Positions 39,720-53,452 of a DNA stretch of 64,000 bases are shown here, piece by piece; the first letter of the stretch is position 1; every line of letters begins with the position of its first letter. This DNA is from Eledone cirrhosa. Its lineage: Eukaryota. Below the pieces are notes generated by a model. That model saw nothing but the letters and a program-made list of their open reading frames with translations. It ran no database searches and had not been told where the DNA came from. The stretch lies in the NCBI GenBank assembly GCA_964016885.1, contig OZ024742.1, positions 212,288,001 through 212,352,000 on the forward strand, written 5' to 3'. The position numbers and the translations under genes are program-made.

Positions 39720-40069
39720 CTGTTTTCAGAAATGAAAAACATAAAAAAAAAAAACCAATGAAAACAATATGGACATATTAGATAGGACATATCTAATATT
39801 CTTTTTTCTCAACAATAGCTATGAGTTGAACATTTTAGACTACCAACTACATGGTCATAGAGTTTATTATTCTGCACAAGACAAATAACTGTTTCCTGCA
39901 GTCTTCAGATCTGATGATCAGTAAACCTTTTCATTACCATATTTCTAATAAAAGACTGCCTAGGATTTTAAAATAATTTTGAAAATAGTTAAGAATTTTG
40001 AGGGATTTAGTAATATAACTTTCTCATTATCAAGCTGAGGTTTGCAACATAAGCTTAACAAAGGTTCAG

Positions 40070-40730
40070 CATCATCATTATCATCATCATCACCATCCTT
40101 TTACATACATTTTTCCATGCTTGAATGGGTTGGATGGGTCCTTTCAGGCACAACCTCCCTCTAAACATAGTATACATTTGTCATCTTCTTTATGAGAAAT
40201 AATCATCTCTGCCCAAGTTTTTGAATTCCTTACTAAACTCATTACCTACTCTCACTTTACTGACAGCACGTCTGTACATAGTTTGTACTCTCATGTTTCT
40301 TGTACACCCAGTTTCCTTCAGGACTATCAGAATACAGATTGTGGTACTCAGCCAAAGGCCTTTTCCAGATCTATAAAAGCTACATATAGTAGCTTACACT
40401 TAGCTAGGAACATCTCTTGTTGTTTTCTTCCTGGCACAAAACCAAACTACATCTCATCTAATTTAACTAATTAGTTGTGCTAACAGTCTTTCCATCATTT
40501 TCATAACTTAATCCATCAGTGTTATGCCTCTATAGTTGCTACTTTCTAGAGCATCACCTTTTCCCTTATATCAATTAATGATTATGCTGCTATACCAGTC
40601 ATTGGGTGTGACAATATTGTGTATTACTTGATTGATTATCTGGATGGCTAACTCAACTCCTACTTCCCCAGATTATTTCAGCATCTCACTGACTATACCT
40701 GATGATCCAGCAGCTTTACCATTTTTCATC
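40070..40730 (-). mobile_element. Degenerate RTE LINE fragment
   Basis: Nucleotide similarity to the 28980-29440 copy (GKAAGSSGIVSEML; DLEKAF region). Confidence 0.75.
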
Positions 40731-42241
40731 ACCCAGCTTATAGAAGGTTTTTAGATGAGTATTAACACTTAAGAAAAAACAGCTTTGTATTATACCAAAC
40801 ATGTTTCAGGTGATTTCATATCAAAAAGGTTAAGTGATTAGAAGGAGGAAGAGCACCCTGTTATAAAACCAATCATTCCAGCATTCCAGCAATAATGAAA
40901 ATTTGCACCGCAAAATGCCACCCCCACCAAATTCCATCAATGCTACATTAAGTAAGTGGATGTAAAACAGTTAAAAAATATATAATTTTTGCATCTATTT
41001 TCCTACATAAATATAGATTAAAGTGTTCTACAAATTCAGATATTTGGATGGTACATGAGAAAAACTACCCTTTCAGATCTGTAAATTCTTTCTAGTTTTT
41101 CAACATTTAATTGTAGACTCCAAGGGATATATATTTAGTTCATTTGAGACAGTGTGATGAGACTCCTCAAAATTTCAGCATAATTCCACTACCTTTTAAA
41201 AATCAATACATTGAAGAACTTCACTTTGCAACTAGACTTGATTTAGATCAATTCTATAAGACATATAAAGATAGCAAACACCAGTTCAATTTGTTTTTAA
41301 TTCTATCACTAATTATACAATTAAGGGCAGCAGGAAACAGTCAGAGTTTCAAGATGTGAAAAGCATTTAGTGAAAACACACAGAAAACCTTATTCAATTT
41401 TACAATTATCAATGAGCCCAGTTTCCAATTTCAAATTCTTCAACAATATTTTTTAAATACTTGAGCTGTGATCTACAAAAGTCCATAAGTAACTTGTCCT
41501 ACAGTATTCTTAAAATCCAATCAAAACACATGTTCCTAAGCTGAACATATCTGGTAGCAACAGGATGTTAGTTCTCCATAATCTACACAGTAAATCTATA
41601 GCAAACAATGCAAAATTTCTATAACAAAAAATTAAAATAGGATGGTATCCAGCTATAGAAAACCTGCCAAAGACATAACCCCACTAATGCTGGTGCCACA
41701 ATAAAATGCACTAGGTAGACTGTGTAGAGTGCAAAAACATATCTAAGTGATAAGCAGGCTCCTGGTCCATCTGAGGGGTCAGTAGATACAAGTAAGTACT
41801 GACTTAGTCTGTGACAAACTGTTCAACCCTTGCTAGCAGGGAAATGAATGCTAAATGATGATGATTGTGCTCAAGTATGCTGTAAAACATTCCCCCAAAG
41901 CACTTCAAATGCACAGAGAAAAGCTTGCATCAAAGTAGGAGATTATTTAACACTGAACTATATATATGATGGAAACATGTGGCCGAGTGGTTAGTCGTTT
42001 GTTTGATTCCTGGACCAGATGGTGTGTTGTGTTCTTGAGCAAAATACTTTCTTTCACGTTGGTCATTCTGCCATTAGTTGTAATTGGTAGATAGAATCAG
42101 CAATGGAAAGACAAATGGAAACATTGTTACCTTGGTCCAATCTGCCACTTGACCCCTTCCCCCTCAAACACACATTCCCTATATATATATGTGATATATG
42201 TGTATATATATATATATATATGATGACTTTTATTGACTCAC

Positions 42242-42339
42242 CTGAAGAGCCGCAACAACTTGATGAAGATTGTTGTTTTCTTTAGTTGTTAAAGCTATTT
42301 GGTCATCTTGAAATTGTATCTGCTCTTTCATTTTATTAA
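42242..42339 (-). CDS. CCDC18: CCDC18-like exon
   Basis: ttcag|..NKMKEQIQFQDDQ...VVAALQ|gtgagt; phase 1/0. Confidence 0.88.
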
Positions 42340-42419
42340 CTGAAATATGGTAAAAAAAAAAAGAAATATATATATATTTACTTGAAATATTTTTTCAGGC
42401 TTCAGAAAAGATGCATACA

Positions 42420-43137
42420 TGATGTGTGTCATAAAGTATCTAACCTTAAGGCTGGGAAGAAAAAAATGACATACTTAATGTCTATTGTTAACTCCTTATG
42501 ATGTGCTTCCACACATTTAGCCCAGTGATCCTTCACTATTCAAAGCATGTCTAGAATGTTTCTTTCAGAGTGGCTCTCAGCTCTGCCTTTGCAGTCTACA
42601 TGATGTCCTCTCAGCTCCCTGAGAGGAAGCCTTTCAGTAGCATCTTCATTTTGGAGAACAACCAAGGATCAGGAGGATCTATGTGTGGAGAGTAGGGAGC
42701 CTAGTGAATGAACTAGGGCATTGTTATGATGCAGCTGCTAGTTTTGCAAGGCCCACAGATCCAGTCTCTTGTACTGAACTGCATTACAAAGAGGTTGGAG
42801 GACCTCTTTATAGTAATCCTTTGTAACTGTTTGTCCTTTCAGTATGTATTCATGATACACAACACCTTGGTAGTCAAAAGAAGCAGTCAGTATCACTTTG
42901 ATTTTGTTCTGCACCTGATATGCTTTTTGGAGCCTTAGCAATGCTGGATGTTTCAACTCTGATGGCTGAGCATTGGTTTCTAAGTCATATCCATACAGCC
43001 ATGTCTCATCTTTAGTTATGTTGGTATTCAGGGACTCAGGATGTATGCAGTTCCACTCTGCACACTTTTATCTCCCTAATATCATAATTTCTCACAGGCA
43101 AAAAGTAAAATGAGATACTTTTTCGACAGATCTTGTA
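42420..43137 (-). mobile_element. Internally deleted mariner transposon relic
   Basis: KVILTASFDYQGVVYHEYILKGQTVTKDYYKEVL..L.NAV..KR.DLW is typical of mariner transposase. Confidence 0.82.
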
Positions 43138-43618
43138 TATACATATACTATAAAGAAGATAAAAACATCTGTAAGGTTAAGATGTTGGTTGTTTTATTGA
43201 CCACATGATCATAAGTTCAGATCTTACAAATGTTTTGTGCCTCTGAGCAAGGCATCTAACTATGCTTTGCTCAGGTTTGTCTGATTGAGCAAATCAGCAA
43301 ATCCTACTTTTATTTCATATTTCAGTGATAGTAAGAAGATAAAAAAAAATTTCCATTTGAAAATAAATTTAGAGAATTAATAATTGCAATAATATCAACA
43401 TCAATGAGGGAGAAACGATGCAGTTGATTAACTTGTAAGAAATAGTAGCTAAATCACCTTCAAATTACACCCAACTATCATAAAAAAGAGGACACATTAA
43501 GTAACATAGTTGTAGATAGATTATATCTGAATAAAAGATGAGGTCATCACAGTAGAAATGCCTGTGATCTTGTCTACTTGATCGGGGTTGGACTGGGGCT
43601 AAACAACAACAACAGTAC

Positions 43619-43782
43619 CTGAATTAATTAGTTGTTGTAATTCTTCATTCTTTTTGTCATATTGTTCCTGTAAAGTGTTGAAATTAATAGCTTTATTCTC
43701 TCCAACTTTCAGTTCCTGCTGCAGTTGTGTAGTAATGTTCAAATTGTGTTGGGTTAAGCTCTCCTTGGTCTGCTGAAGATTC
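43619..43782 (-). CDS. CCDC18: CCDC18-like exon
   Basis: accag|G NLQQTKESLTQHN...ELQQLINS G|gtactg; phase 2/1. Confidence 0.85.
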
Positions 43783-45307
43783 CTGGTTAAAGATATAATT
43801 AATACTCAGCATTAGTAATATTTTCTTTATCACCACCACTGCCACAACATCAACAACAATAGCAATTACTTTTATCGGCCACAAGGGTATGTGATGTTCA
43901 GGACGATATAAGGATGAAAAACAATGCAAAATAGGGTTTACATTGAATAAAGCAAAGTGAAAATCAGCAAAAAGGAACAGTAGATATAACAATAATAAAT
44001 AGTAATAATATAAAAAGTATAATAAAATCAACTAAGAAAAGTTCCCTAACAGAAGGAAAGGATCCCCTCCTCCCCCAAGATAATTCCAGAGAAAATTCCA
44101 CACAAAATTCCTGGATTACTCTGTCGCATCAAAGGAATTGAAAGTGCCTTCTCCCAGTTTCTTTCCTCCTGCTTAAAAAAACAGTCAGAATGCCTTGTCA
44201 TTTAGTCACATCAATCTCACTGCTCTGATCCATCTTTCATCAAACACACTGAAAGGCAACACCTATCTCTACCCTAACTTTCTTGCTGAGGAGCTTAACC
44301 AGAGAAAAATAAGGCATCCAGCCATAGAAAACTTGCCAAACAAGGGTCGGACAGACTCTTAAGTTGTGACAAAGACACAACAACCTCACTAATGCTGGTG
44401 TCATAATGAAACACATTTGCTATGATGTGGGAACATATGTAAACAACGTGCAAGTGAGTGAGATGTGAGATGCAGGCCTCCAAACATGAGAGGTCAGTAG
44501 CTCCACTTAAGTGCTGACTCGATCTGTGAAAACCTGTCCAACCCTTGCTAGCAGGGAAGATAAATGTTAAATGATGATGAGGATAAAACCTTTAAGACAT
44601 GTCCCCATCCATACAGCTTCTTTTACCATAGCCACCCTAGTGGTGTTGTTAGTGGCACCAGTGGTAAACTGAACAGAATGTCTTCAGCACTAAGCTACAT
44701 CTCTTTACATCTTGCTAGATTTGACTTTTACACACTTCTGTAAAAGTCAAATACTACACTTGATTAAATCAAGTGAAAAGAGAGAGAAATAGACTGTATA
44801 TGCATGTATACATGTGTTTCTGTAGATGGATTTGAGAGGTTGTTGGTAACATATAGGTGAGGTTACAATTCCAGAAAGATGTAATTTTGATATTGAGGTA
44901 GAAAGATGGGACAAAAATGTCTATTAAAAGATGTGGGATATGATACACAACAAAGATGAAGAGAGGTAGGGAGGGACAAATGAACTGGGTAGGTTTAGAA
45001 GGAGGTTAGACTACATTCAATAATTTCAGAGGATCAGAAATATTGTAGTAAAGTAAGAACAATAAGTGTCCTAGCAATTTAGAGAAAACACAGCTTCAAT
45101 GATAGGTTAAGGACTAGAAAATGTTATAAGGGTGGTTTGAGGCATTTTTTTTCTCTTTTATTGTTTAGTCAAGAAGCAATACTAATGACCATTTTCAGAA
45201 CCACTGAGATTGTTAGAGGTGAGAAAGATGGAAGGTATCTTCAAAACCTAGTCTGAATGCTTGCAACAAAGGGTCAGGTAGTGGTATTAAACTGAGAGAC
45301 AGATTGA

Positions 45308-45454
45308 GTCTGCCACCCAAGGATTAAATCTACCACACAAGGATTAAGTCTACCACACAAACATTAAGACAACCATCTAAGGATTACGTCTGCCACACAA
45401 GGATTCCGTCAACCACCCAAATATTAATTCTACCACACAAGAATAGTCTACCAC
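45308..45454. repeat. 20-bp minisatellite, about 7 copies
   Basis: Unit approximately tctaccacacaaggattaag. Confidence 0.85.
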
Positions 45455-45491
45455 TGATTTGCCAACCAAATGAATGCAAAACATGACATAC

Positions 45492-45634
45492 TGAACAGTT
45501 TCTTGAAGTTGTTTAATATCTGTTTCACTTTCTCTCATAATCTTCTGGAGCTGGTCACATTTATTCTTCAGTATCAATTCCAATTCCATTCTTTTACTCC
45601 GTTCAATGACAACATGTTTTTCATGTCTCGATAT
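45492..45634 (-). CDS. CCDC18: CCDC18-like exon
   Basis: caaag|ISRHEKHVVIERSKRMELE...LQETV CA|gtatgt; phase 0/2. Confidence 0.85.
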
Positions 45635-46047
45635 CTTTGAATAAAGAAAGGAAAAAAAATATAATATGAAATATAATACTAATTCCTTCAATAATCTGAA
45701 TACTAATTTTATACTGACAGGGTGATACTGGTACCATGACAAAAAGAACCCAGTCTTCCCTGAAAGGTGGTCCTACTAGTGCCATGACAAAAATCACCCA
45801 GTTCCCTCTGAAAGGTGGGCATACTGGTGCCATGACAAAAACACCCAGTCTGCCCTATAATATGGTTGGCATTAGGAAGGGGATCCAGTTATAAAAAAAA
45901 GAAGCAACAGAGACTATGAGCAAGATGTGGCCACCTGATCTGTCTGGCCTCATAATATGTCAGCCTGTCTATTTTCCATACAAGCAGCATGGAAGGATAC
46001 ATATGGTATCAAATGTTACAGCACTTTTTTTCTTAATCACAAGCATG

Positions 46048-46049
<2 letters not shown>

Positions 46050-46112
<63 letters not shown>
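46050..46112. repeat. (GA)n microsatellite
   Basis: About 31 AG units, roughly 20 nt downstream of a CCDC18-like donor site. Confidence 0.95.
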
Positions 46113-46117
<5 letters not shown>

Positions 46118-46131
46118 TTCTAGTGACTTAC

Positions 46132-46299
46132 TTCTTTAAGTGTAGAAACTTGAGATTTTTTTAACTGTGAAATAAGTTGATAACTTTTGTCAAGCATTGA
46201 CTGATTGTCTTGATGTGTCTGCTGTAAATTACCATATTGTTGTTCTTTCTCCTTTAATGACTGTTCAAATTGTTTGATTTGGTTGACTAAAGACTGCTC
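46132..46299 (-). CDS. CCDC18: CCDC18-like exon
   Basis: actag|EQSLVNQIKQFEQSLKEKE...STLKE|gtaagt; phase 0/0. Confidence 0.88.
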
Positions 46300-46565
46300 C
46301 TAGTGCAAATAATATATATATTGAAATAAATTACAATAAGATATTGTTTATTTACAGAAAACAAAGTTTACAATTTATGAATATATATCATCATCATCAT
46401 CATTAGTTAACATCGTTTTTCGTTGCTTGCATGGCTTAAACAAACTATCACGTGGTGATGGTGATCATAATGATGATGATGATAATTGTTTCTACTTTTG
46501 GCATAAGGGCAGCAATTTGAAGGGGAAGAGAAAGTCGATTAAATCAACCCCAGTGCTTACTAGTA

Positions 46566-49062
46566 CAGTGGGTCCTCGATATACGGTAGTTCTTTATCCG
46601 GTAAATTCACAGATACGGTTTTGGGTAATTACTACCATCAATTCTATTTACAGTAAAATTTACAGATACTGTTTTTGGTCGTGTTTTGTTTATATTGTAC
46701 CGTAGTGCCACCTGTAGTAAGCAATAAATTCCCTCTTGACTTCGTGGAAACTGACTGCTATTCGAATTCTAGGAAAATTGTGTTACTACTGCTATCGTAC
46801 TAACTGACCTTACCGAGAAACTGGCCAATCACGAGCGAGTTCAGATATCGGTCGATGACGTCATAACTCTTAACTGATCACTTCAGTTCAGCAAACTAGC
46901 GTGTCCTCTCAGTGAGAGAATTTTTACCAAACTGAAGTGATCAGTTAAGAGTTATGACGTCATTCAAAGTAAGAGAAAACCCGACGGCGTGTTTTTGGAG
47001 CATAATTATCATGGCATATCTTATAACCCCATATCTCATGGCCCCAAAACGTCCTGCGAATATTGCTGATGCAGCTGGAAAGGCCAAACGCATGAGGAAG
47101 AGCCTGACTTTGGAGATAAAGCTGGACATTTTGAAAAGTAAGAAACAGAGGTAAGGTACGTCCACCATAAGTCGTAACTTAGGCCTAGCCCAGTCTACAG
47201 TCTGGACTGTTTTAAAAAATAACGAGGCTGTCAAAAGAGCTGGGGAGAATGCTACGAGTATACAGAGTAAATTGTTGACCAAACATGGTGAGCCGATTAT
47301 GGATAGGATGGAAAGGTTGCTCAAAATTTGGATCAACGACCAAAATCGTCAAAATATGCCTCTGTCTTTAAATGTAATCAGTGAAAAAGCATTGTCCATT
47401 ATTGACAGGCTCAAGACTGAAATGGGGGTGGAGGACTTTGTATTCAAGCCAAGCAAAGGCTGGTTTGATAAGTTCAAACAACGTTCGAGTCTTCACAACA
47501 TAAAAGTTACAGGTGAGGCTGCCAGTTCCGACAAAGAGAGTGCTGAAAAATTCAAGGCAGAGATAGAGAAATGCATTGCAGAGAAGGGGTACAGCAAAGA
47601 ACAGGCTATTAATTATGATGAAACAGGACTTTATTGGAAAAAGATGACCAGTAATACTTATATTGACAAGGAGGAGAAAAGTGCGAAGGGGTTCAAAGCC
47701 TCCAAGGACCGTGTTACTCTGTTACTTGGAGGGAATACAGAAGGAGATTTAAAGCTAAAGTCACTCATTATCTATCATTCTGTGAACTCCAAGAGCACTC
47801 AAGGGGTTACTTAAGCAATACCTACCAGTGATATGGAAGTCTAATAAGAAGGCATGGCTGATCACTTCAATTCACCAGGATTTTTTCACCTCATATCTGT
47901 CACCAACCCTTAAGGAATATGCATTAGCTAACAACATTGCCAACCGTTTTCTGCTATTAGTGGACAACGCTCCCAGCCACCCACGGCCAATGGAAGACTG
48001 GTCAGAGAAAATATTGAGGTTTTGTTTCTCCCCCCAAACACCACAGCTCTCATTCAGCCGATGGATCAAACAGTCATCAAAACATTTAAGGTATACTACC
48101 AACGGAGAACCATGCAGCAGCTGATAAAGGGCACAGATGGGCCTGACAAGCCTACGATCAGAGAATGGTGGAAATTGTACAACATCAAGCACGGCTTAGA
48201 CAACATCAAGGCATCTTGGGAAGAAGTGAAGCAGTCTACCATGAACTTGGCCTGGAAGAAATTATGGCCAGCATGTGTGAATGACTTCCAAGGCTTTGCT
48301 GAGGACATTGATGCGATAAAAAAAGATATTGTAAATCTCTGCCATAGAGCTGGCTTCGATGGTGTTAATGATGATGATGTGCAAGACCTTTTGAAAAGCC
48401 ACGCTGAACCACTTTCCAATGATGAACTCATAGAACTAGACAAGGCGATACAGGAGACAGAAAAAAAAAGAAGAGGAGGAAGAAGAACCTGTGTGTGGCT
48501 TGGACATAAAAACTCTAAGAGAATTCTTGGGAGTATCAAAACAATCTTAGAAACCCTGAAGAAGCGTGACCCCAACCCTGTTAGGAGCAACAAAGTGGCT
48601 CACGACATCGAGAAAAGCGTCAAGATTTACCAAGAAATGTATGAAGCCAAAAGAAACACTGCCAAACAGTCCTCCATCTACTCTTTCTTCAAGCCAGTCA
48701 CACCTGCCAACCGTGCTACAGCTGACCCTTCAACATCCACTGCAGTCAACGAGTTTGTCGGTTTTGAGCCTCCCACATCACCCTTATCCTCCCCAGCCCA
48801 AGATGAGTAAGGGCTGAAACCCATACTGTCCCTTAGCCTCAGGAGGGACAAATGAAGAGGCACATCATCTGATGGACTACACAGCATGTGTAAGGTACAG
48901 TAAATAAAAAAAAACATTATTTCTTTTCTGTAGGGATGACTTTTTCGATGTGCTGGAACGCATCCTTATCTATTTCATGTTATAATGGGTTCTTTATACG
49001 GTAATTCGATATACGATAAGGGTTTCAGGAATGCATATATACCGTATATCGAAGACTCACTG
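46566..49062 (+). mobile_element. Full-length Tigger/pogo DNA transposon (2.5 kb), transposase disrupted
   Basis: 23-bp TIRs CAGTGGGTCCTCGATATACGGTA with 2 mismatches; TA target duplication at 46564-65 and 49063-64; it splits a SINE (cagtgcttactag-TA-ctttattttatcaacccc). Confidence 0.95.
47038..48810 (+). pseudogene. Tigger (TIGD1-like) transposase: HTH/CENP-B plus DDE domain, with a stop and several frameshifts
   Basis: MAPKR..RKSLTLEIKLDIL; FKPSKGWFDKFKQR; NYDETGLYWKK; LLVDNAPSH; FLPPNTTALIQPMDQ; spread over 4 ORF fragments. Confidence 0.93.
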
Positions 49063-49224
49063 TACTTTATTTTATCAACCCCATAACTTCGGTGGGATTT
49101 GAAATCAGAACGTAAAGGGCCGTAACTCTATGCCTCGAAACATGGTGTCCGGCGCTCCACCGACACAGCCAATCCACCACCCTATGATGATAATGATAAT
49201 AATAATAGTAATACCAACACCAAC

Positions 49225-49419
49225 CTTTGAATCTTTCAGAGCCAGCTGTGTCCAATATTGATTCTTATATTTTTCTGCATTGTTAATATACCAGCTTATC
49301 TGCCCTTTAAAACCTTCAATTGCTTTTTCCATTTGATTCATACAGTTTTTACTCTCAGAAGTCTGAAAATCAAGTTGCTTCTGAATATTTTCATATTCTT
49401 CAGTCTTTTGTGTTAATTT
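49225..49419 (-). CDS. CCDC18: CCDC18-like exon
   Basis: tccag|KLTQKTEEYENIQKQL...QLALKDSK|gttggt; phase 0/0. Confidence 0.88.
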
Positions 49420-50561
49420 CTGGAAAAATAACATATCAATTACTCTTGGGTCCTAAATAATAGAGAGTGTTGGAATAAGCGAGGGAAGTTGGACATCATC
49501 ATCATCATCACCGTTTAACGTTTATCTTCTACGCTAGTATGGGTTAGACGGGAATTGTCCCACTTGAGGCAAAATTGGTCGGGTGATCGTGTCTCACTCG
49601 TATAGGACTATCTGGCAGGTTTTCTACGGCTGGATGCCCTTCCTAACACCAACCACATTTATAGTGTGGACTGGGAGGTTTTTACCGTGCAACGCCGGAT
49701 ACCACTGCTAGTGTAAAATAAAATTATGATTAGATTTCCCAGCTGCTGTATCGATATGAATCACTTACAATAAAATTTTGCCGGAGATAGTTTAGTAAAA
49801 TTGAATAAGCAGGACGAGGAGAGGGGGGTGTAAAGTGGTGGGGTTGGAAAAAACTAATAAACTGGGAAGGGTGGGATTATTCAAGACCTGAGAGTATATA
49901 CAAATTACAAATGAAGAAGTTCAAGTATCTTGGGATGGTTTTCACAAGTGATGGAAGGCAGGAGGTTGAATTAAGTATAGGAATTGCTGGAACTGGTACA
50001 ATAATGCACCAGCTTCAGCACTTGGTCATCAGAAGAAGGGAGGTCGGCGTAAAAGCCAAATTTTTTATTTTCAATTCAGTGTTAGTGCCTACCTTTACCT
50101 ATGATCATGAATCTTGCATAATGTCCAAAAGAATTTAATCACAAATACAAGGGGGAGGGGGAGAAAATACAAATTATATGCAATGTAGACTGTCACTTAG
50201 AACAGCTCATCAATTATATGATGTCACTCAGGACATATCAATTATCCAGTCTAGACCATTATACACTTCTCATCAATTATAGAATATACACCCATATCAG
50301 TGGAGACTTCCAGTGTTCTTGAATCCTCTGATATCTCTCTATTCACTGCTATTGGGATGGAGTTGACCACCCACAGAAGTGAGCCCTGCATGTTGCTCCT
50401 GGGGCTTCCCATGCTACAGAGTGTTTTCTCACACAGTTGCCTAGGCTTATATCATTGGAGTAGTGATAATTGAGTATTTTTTCTCATGTTTTATATTTTT
50501 TTTTTCATTTACTCTTAACATTCTGTACTGCATGAAACCTTTTGAGTTATCATCAATTTAA

Positions 50562-50769
50562 CCCTTTAGCATTTAAACCAGCCGTATCCAGCCAGAATTG
50601 TTTCACCTCTTTCTGTTCAAACCGGCTGTAACTGGCCACTCATACTGATGTTAAGGTATTGTTCTCAAAATAAATAACATCAAAATCTCATAGATTCCAC
50701 ATTATGTGAGATAGAGCCTTTACTGTGAAAATACAATAGTAAATATAGAGTAATGTAAATGTTAAAGGG
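50562..50769. mobile_element. piggyBac-like MITE
   Basis: TTAA|CCCTTTAGCATT ... AATGTTAAAGGG|TTAA; partial copy starting at about 19197. Confidence 0.7.
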
Positions 50770-51434
50770 TTAAATATTAGCTATATCAACACCACTACTA
50801 CTACCATCTCAGGTATAATTACTTCAAACCTGATTTCCTCCAACTATATCTACACTCTCCCATTAGCATTGCATATTCTGTATTTAAATCTGACATTCTG
50901 AGGTTGACTAAACTTTATTGTTTGATTAGCTTTCATGACCATTGGGACTATATTGGCAGTGGTATTGAAGGAAATCAGTCTGGCAACAAATTCTATTACT
51001 TTTTACAACAGATTTGATTGAGGCATGATTTTGCCTTTGAAAGTGGAGGCTAAGTACTTTACATGGCATTTCCTTTAGTGGTATATGACTGTATTTAAGA
51101 CTATTTCATACAACCAATTAACCTTAATTAGATCTGGCACAACAGTAGTTAACCAAACACTTGGTGGTCAAATTCAGGTTTAAGCATGTAAAGCAGATCA
51201 ATTTCAGTTTGATTTAATAGGTATTTGACGGAAAACAATTTTTTATTGATCTTACCCCAATCTGATCATCTCTGAATTTGCTCATTTTATATCATCTTAA
51301 GTAAACATATATGATATAACTATCTCTATTTTTCCTTCACTTTCAATGTGTTTTATTTTCAGGCCCTGTACTAAATATTACCCCTCTCAACTTGTAACAA
51401 TATTTTCCCACTAATTACGAATCTACAACAATTC

Positions 51435-51535
51435 AAACAGAAAATTTACCAAAACTGAATTCTCCATATTATTCCTGCCCACTAAAACAGAAAATTTACC
51501 AAAACTGAATTCTCCATATTATTCCTGCCCACTAA
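51435..51535. repeat. Near-perfect 50-bp tandem duplication
   Basis: aaacagaaaatttaccaaaactgaattctccatat(t)tattcctgcccactaa twice. Confidence 0.9.
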
Positions 51536-51952
51536 TCTAGGAATACTTGAAAAATCTATCCATGGACATTGTACTTCTTTAAAGTAATTAATTATTAGAT
51601 AAGTGTAAATACAGCAATATACAGGGTGATCACAAAAACAGTCCTTGGTTTCAAATACTTATAATATCAAAACTTAAATGAATATTCTTACTATATTGGT
51701 GGCTACAGTTGCATAAACTAACAAAATGTCTTTCTTCATTTGCAGAATTGACTCGATCCACTATGTAGCATGTGTGTTTTTGTGGTCACCTTTATATTAA
51801 CATTATCATAGCAGCTGATGGAAACTTCTTTTTCTATTTTTAAGGGTCTTCAACCTATTTTATAAGCTATTCTATAGCATCTTCACACATGAGCAAGCTA
51901 TTCTTTATATTAGCATTACCAGTATTTTTAGATATACATAATATATATTTAC

Positions 51953-52087
51953 CTGAAATGTTTCTTGTTCTTTACACTGAAAATCTTTAATGCATTTTGA
52001 CTTGGTGAATAATTCCTCAGAAAGGCTGTCAACCTGTTTGACAAGATCCTCAATAACTTCTTGCTGTTCATCAGACTTTTTCTGAAT
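51953..52087 (-). CDS. CCDC18: CCDC18-like exon
   Basis: tttag|IQKKSDEQQEVIEDL...EQETFQ|gtaaa; phase 0/0. Confidence 0.88.
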
Positions 52088-52309
52088 CTAAAATTGTAGG
52101 ACAAAAATATGTAGATTTATTTTTTTTAATTTTGAACCACAATTCGGAGAAGTATTGAGAGATCACAGCACTGATACTATAGGTATGTGGTTAGAAGGTC
52201 TCGAGAAAGAATCGATGGACAGATCTCTGACAGGACCCACTGGAAGGTGTGCTTGAGGATGCTGTAAATGGCTGGTATTTATTCATCTTCTGCTTCTCTG
52301 CATTGTAGA

Positions 52310-53220
52310 TGGCAATTCCTAGGTTTATGGCTAAACCAACAAAGTTAGAACCTGTGGCATGTCATCATTACTTAGAATTTCTTAAAGGAGCAGGAATTTT
52401 TATTTCTTTGATTAAATCTAAACTATAATAAAGTAAGAAGTGCGAGACTGCATACGGTTTATAATTTTTTATCCCCTTAGTAAAATAAGTTGGATTACTT
52501 TGATAAATAATGAATGAATATTACATAATTTATCTACTAAATTTTGTGGCTGTTCATTAAATATATTTTATTACTTATTTAAAGATTCACTTTTTTTAAA
52601 TTTTCAAATGTCAACTCTTCCGGTTAGCGATCGTTTAAATAAATATTCATATATTTATGTCACTAATTTTCTCCTAATGCAGTTTATATATAATATCGTC
52701 TTTTTTTAATGTATCATGGATCAATTACGATTTTATTTGATCATATCTACATGCATATATACTTGCATATAATATCAATATACACACTACACATGCTAGC
52801 AGATATATAATATCGTCTTTTTTTAATGTATCATGGATTACGTTACTGATTACGTAAGAGAGTGTAACACAGTCTTCGTTCAATTTCTGTGTATATTGTC
52901 AATTACGATTTTATTTGATGTATCATATCTACATGTATATATACTTACATATAATATCAATATGCACACTACACATGCTAGCAGAAAACCAACCGAAGGG
53001 TGGTTTTTCTGCTAGTACATATAAAAATGAGAAAACTCATTGCTATAACAGCCGAGATGGCAATTCCTAGGTTTATGGCTAAACCAACAAAGTTAGAACC
53101 TGTGGCATGTCAGATTATTAATCATTACTCAGAATTTCTTAAAGGGGTAGGAATCTTTATTTCTTTGATTAAATACATATAAAAATGAGAAAACTCATTG
53201 CTAGAACAGCTGTTAAAACA
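52310..53220 (+). mobile_element. Helitron-like non-autonomous element with internal duplications
   Basis: Terminal hairpin ctagcagaaaacc..ggtttttctgCTAG|t at about 52977-53015; second copy at about 59740-60230. Confidence 0.55.
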
Positions 53221-53452
53221 GCTAAATGCTGTCAAAGACAGCGATAGGCAAAATGGCTAGGAGGACAGAGACCAGCGGCCAGTGGTCAACAGAGAGACAA
53301 TCCAAAGGTGGACGACAGGTAGATGAAATATAGAAAAATATTGAAAGAGGAGGAGGCAGACAAGCAATGGAATAAATATGTTACTGATAAGGAGTTTGTT
53401 ATGAATCACCAACATAAAATGTAAATGTAGAGAATACAGAGATTATACTTAC

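Noticed and set aside
45308-45454. Regularly spaced 20-bp repeats resembling a CRISPR array
   Set aside because: No unique spacers, degenerate units, eukaryotic intron: a minisatellite
45916-46139. ORFs with ERERER runs
   Set aside because: Translation of a (GA)n microsatellite
47872-48593. Long minus-strand ORFs (106 and 165 aa)
   Set aside because: Antisense shadows of the Tigger transposase
47038-48810. Domesticated TIGD/CENP-B-like gene
   Set aside because: Intact TIRs and TSD plus a stop and frameshifts indicate a decaying transposon copy
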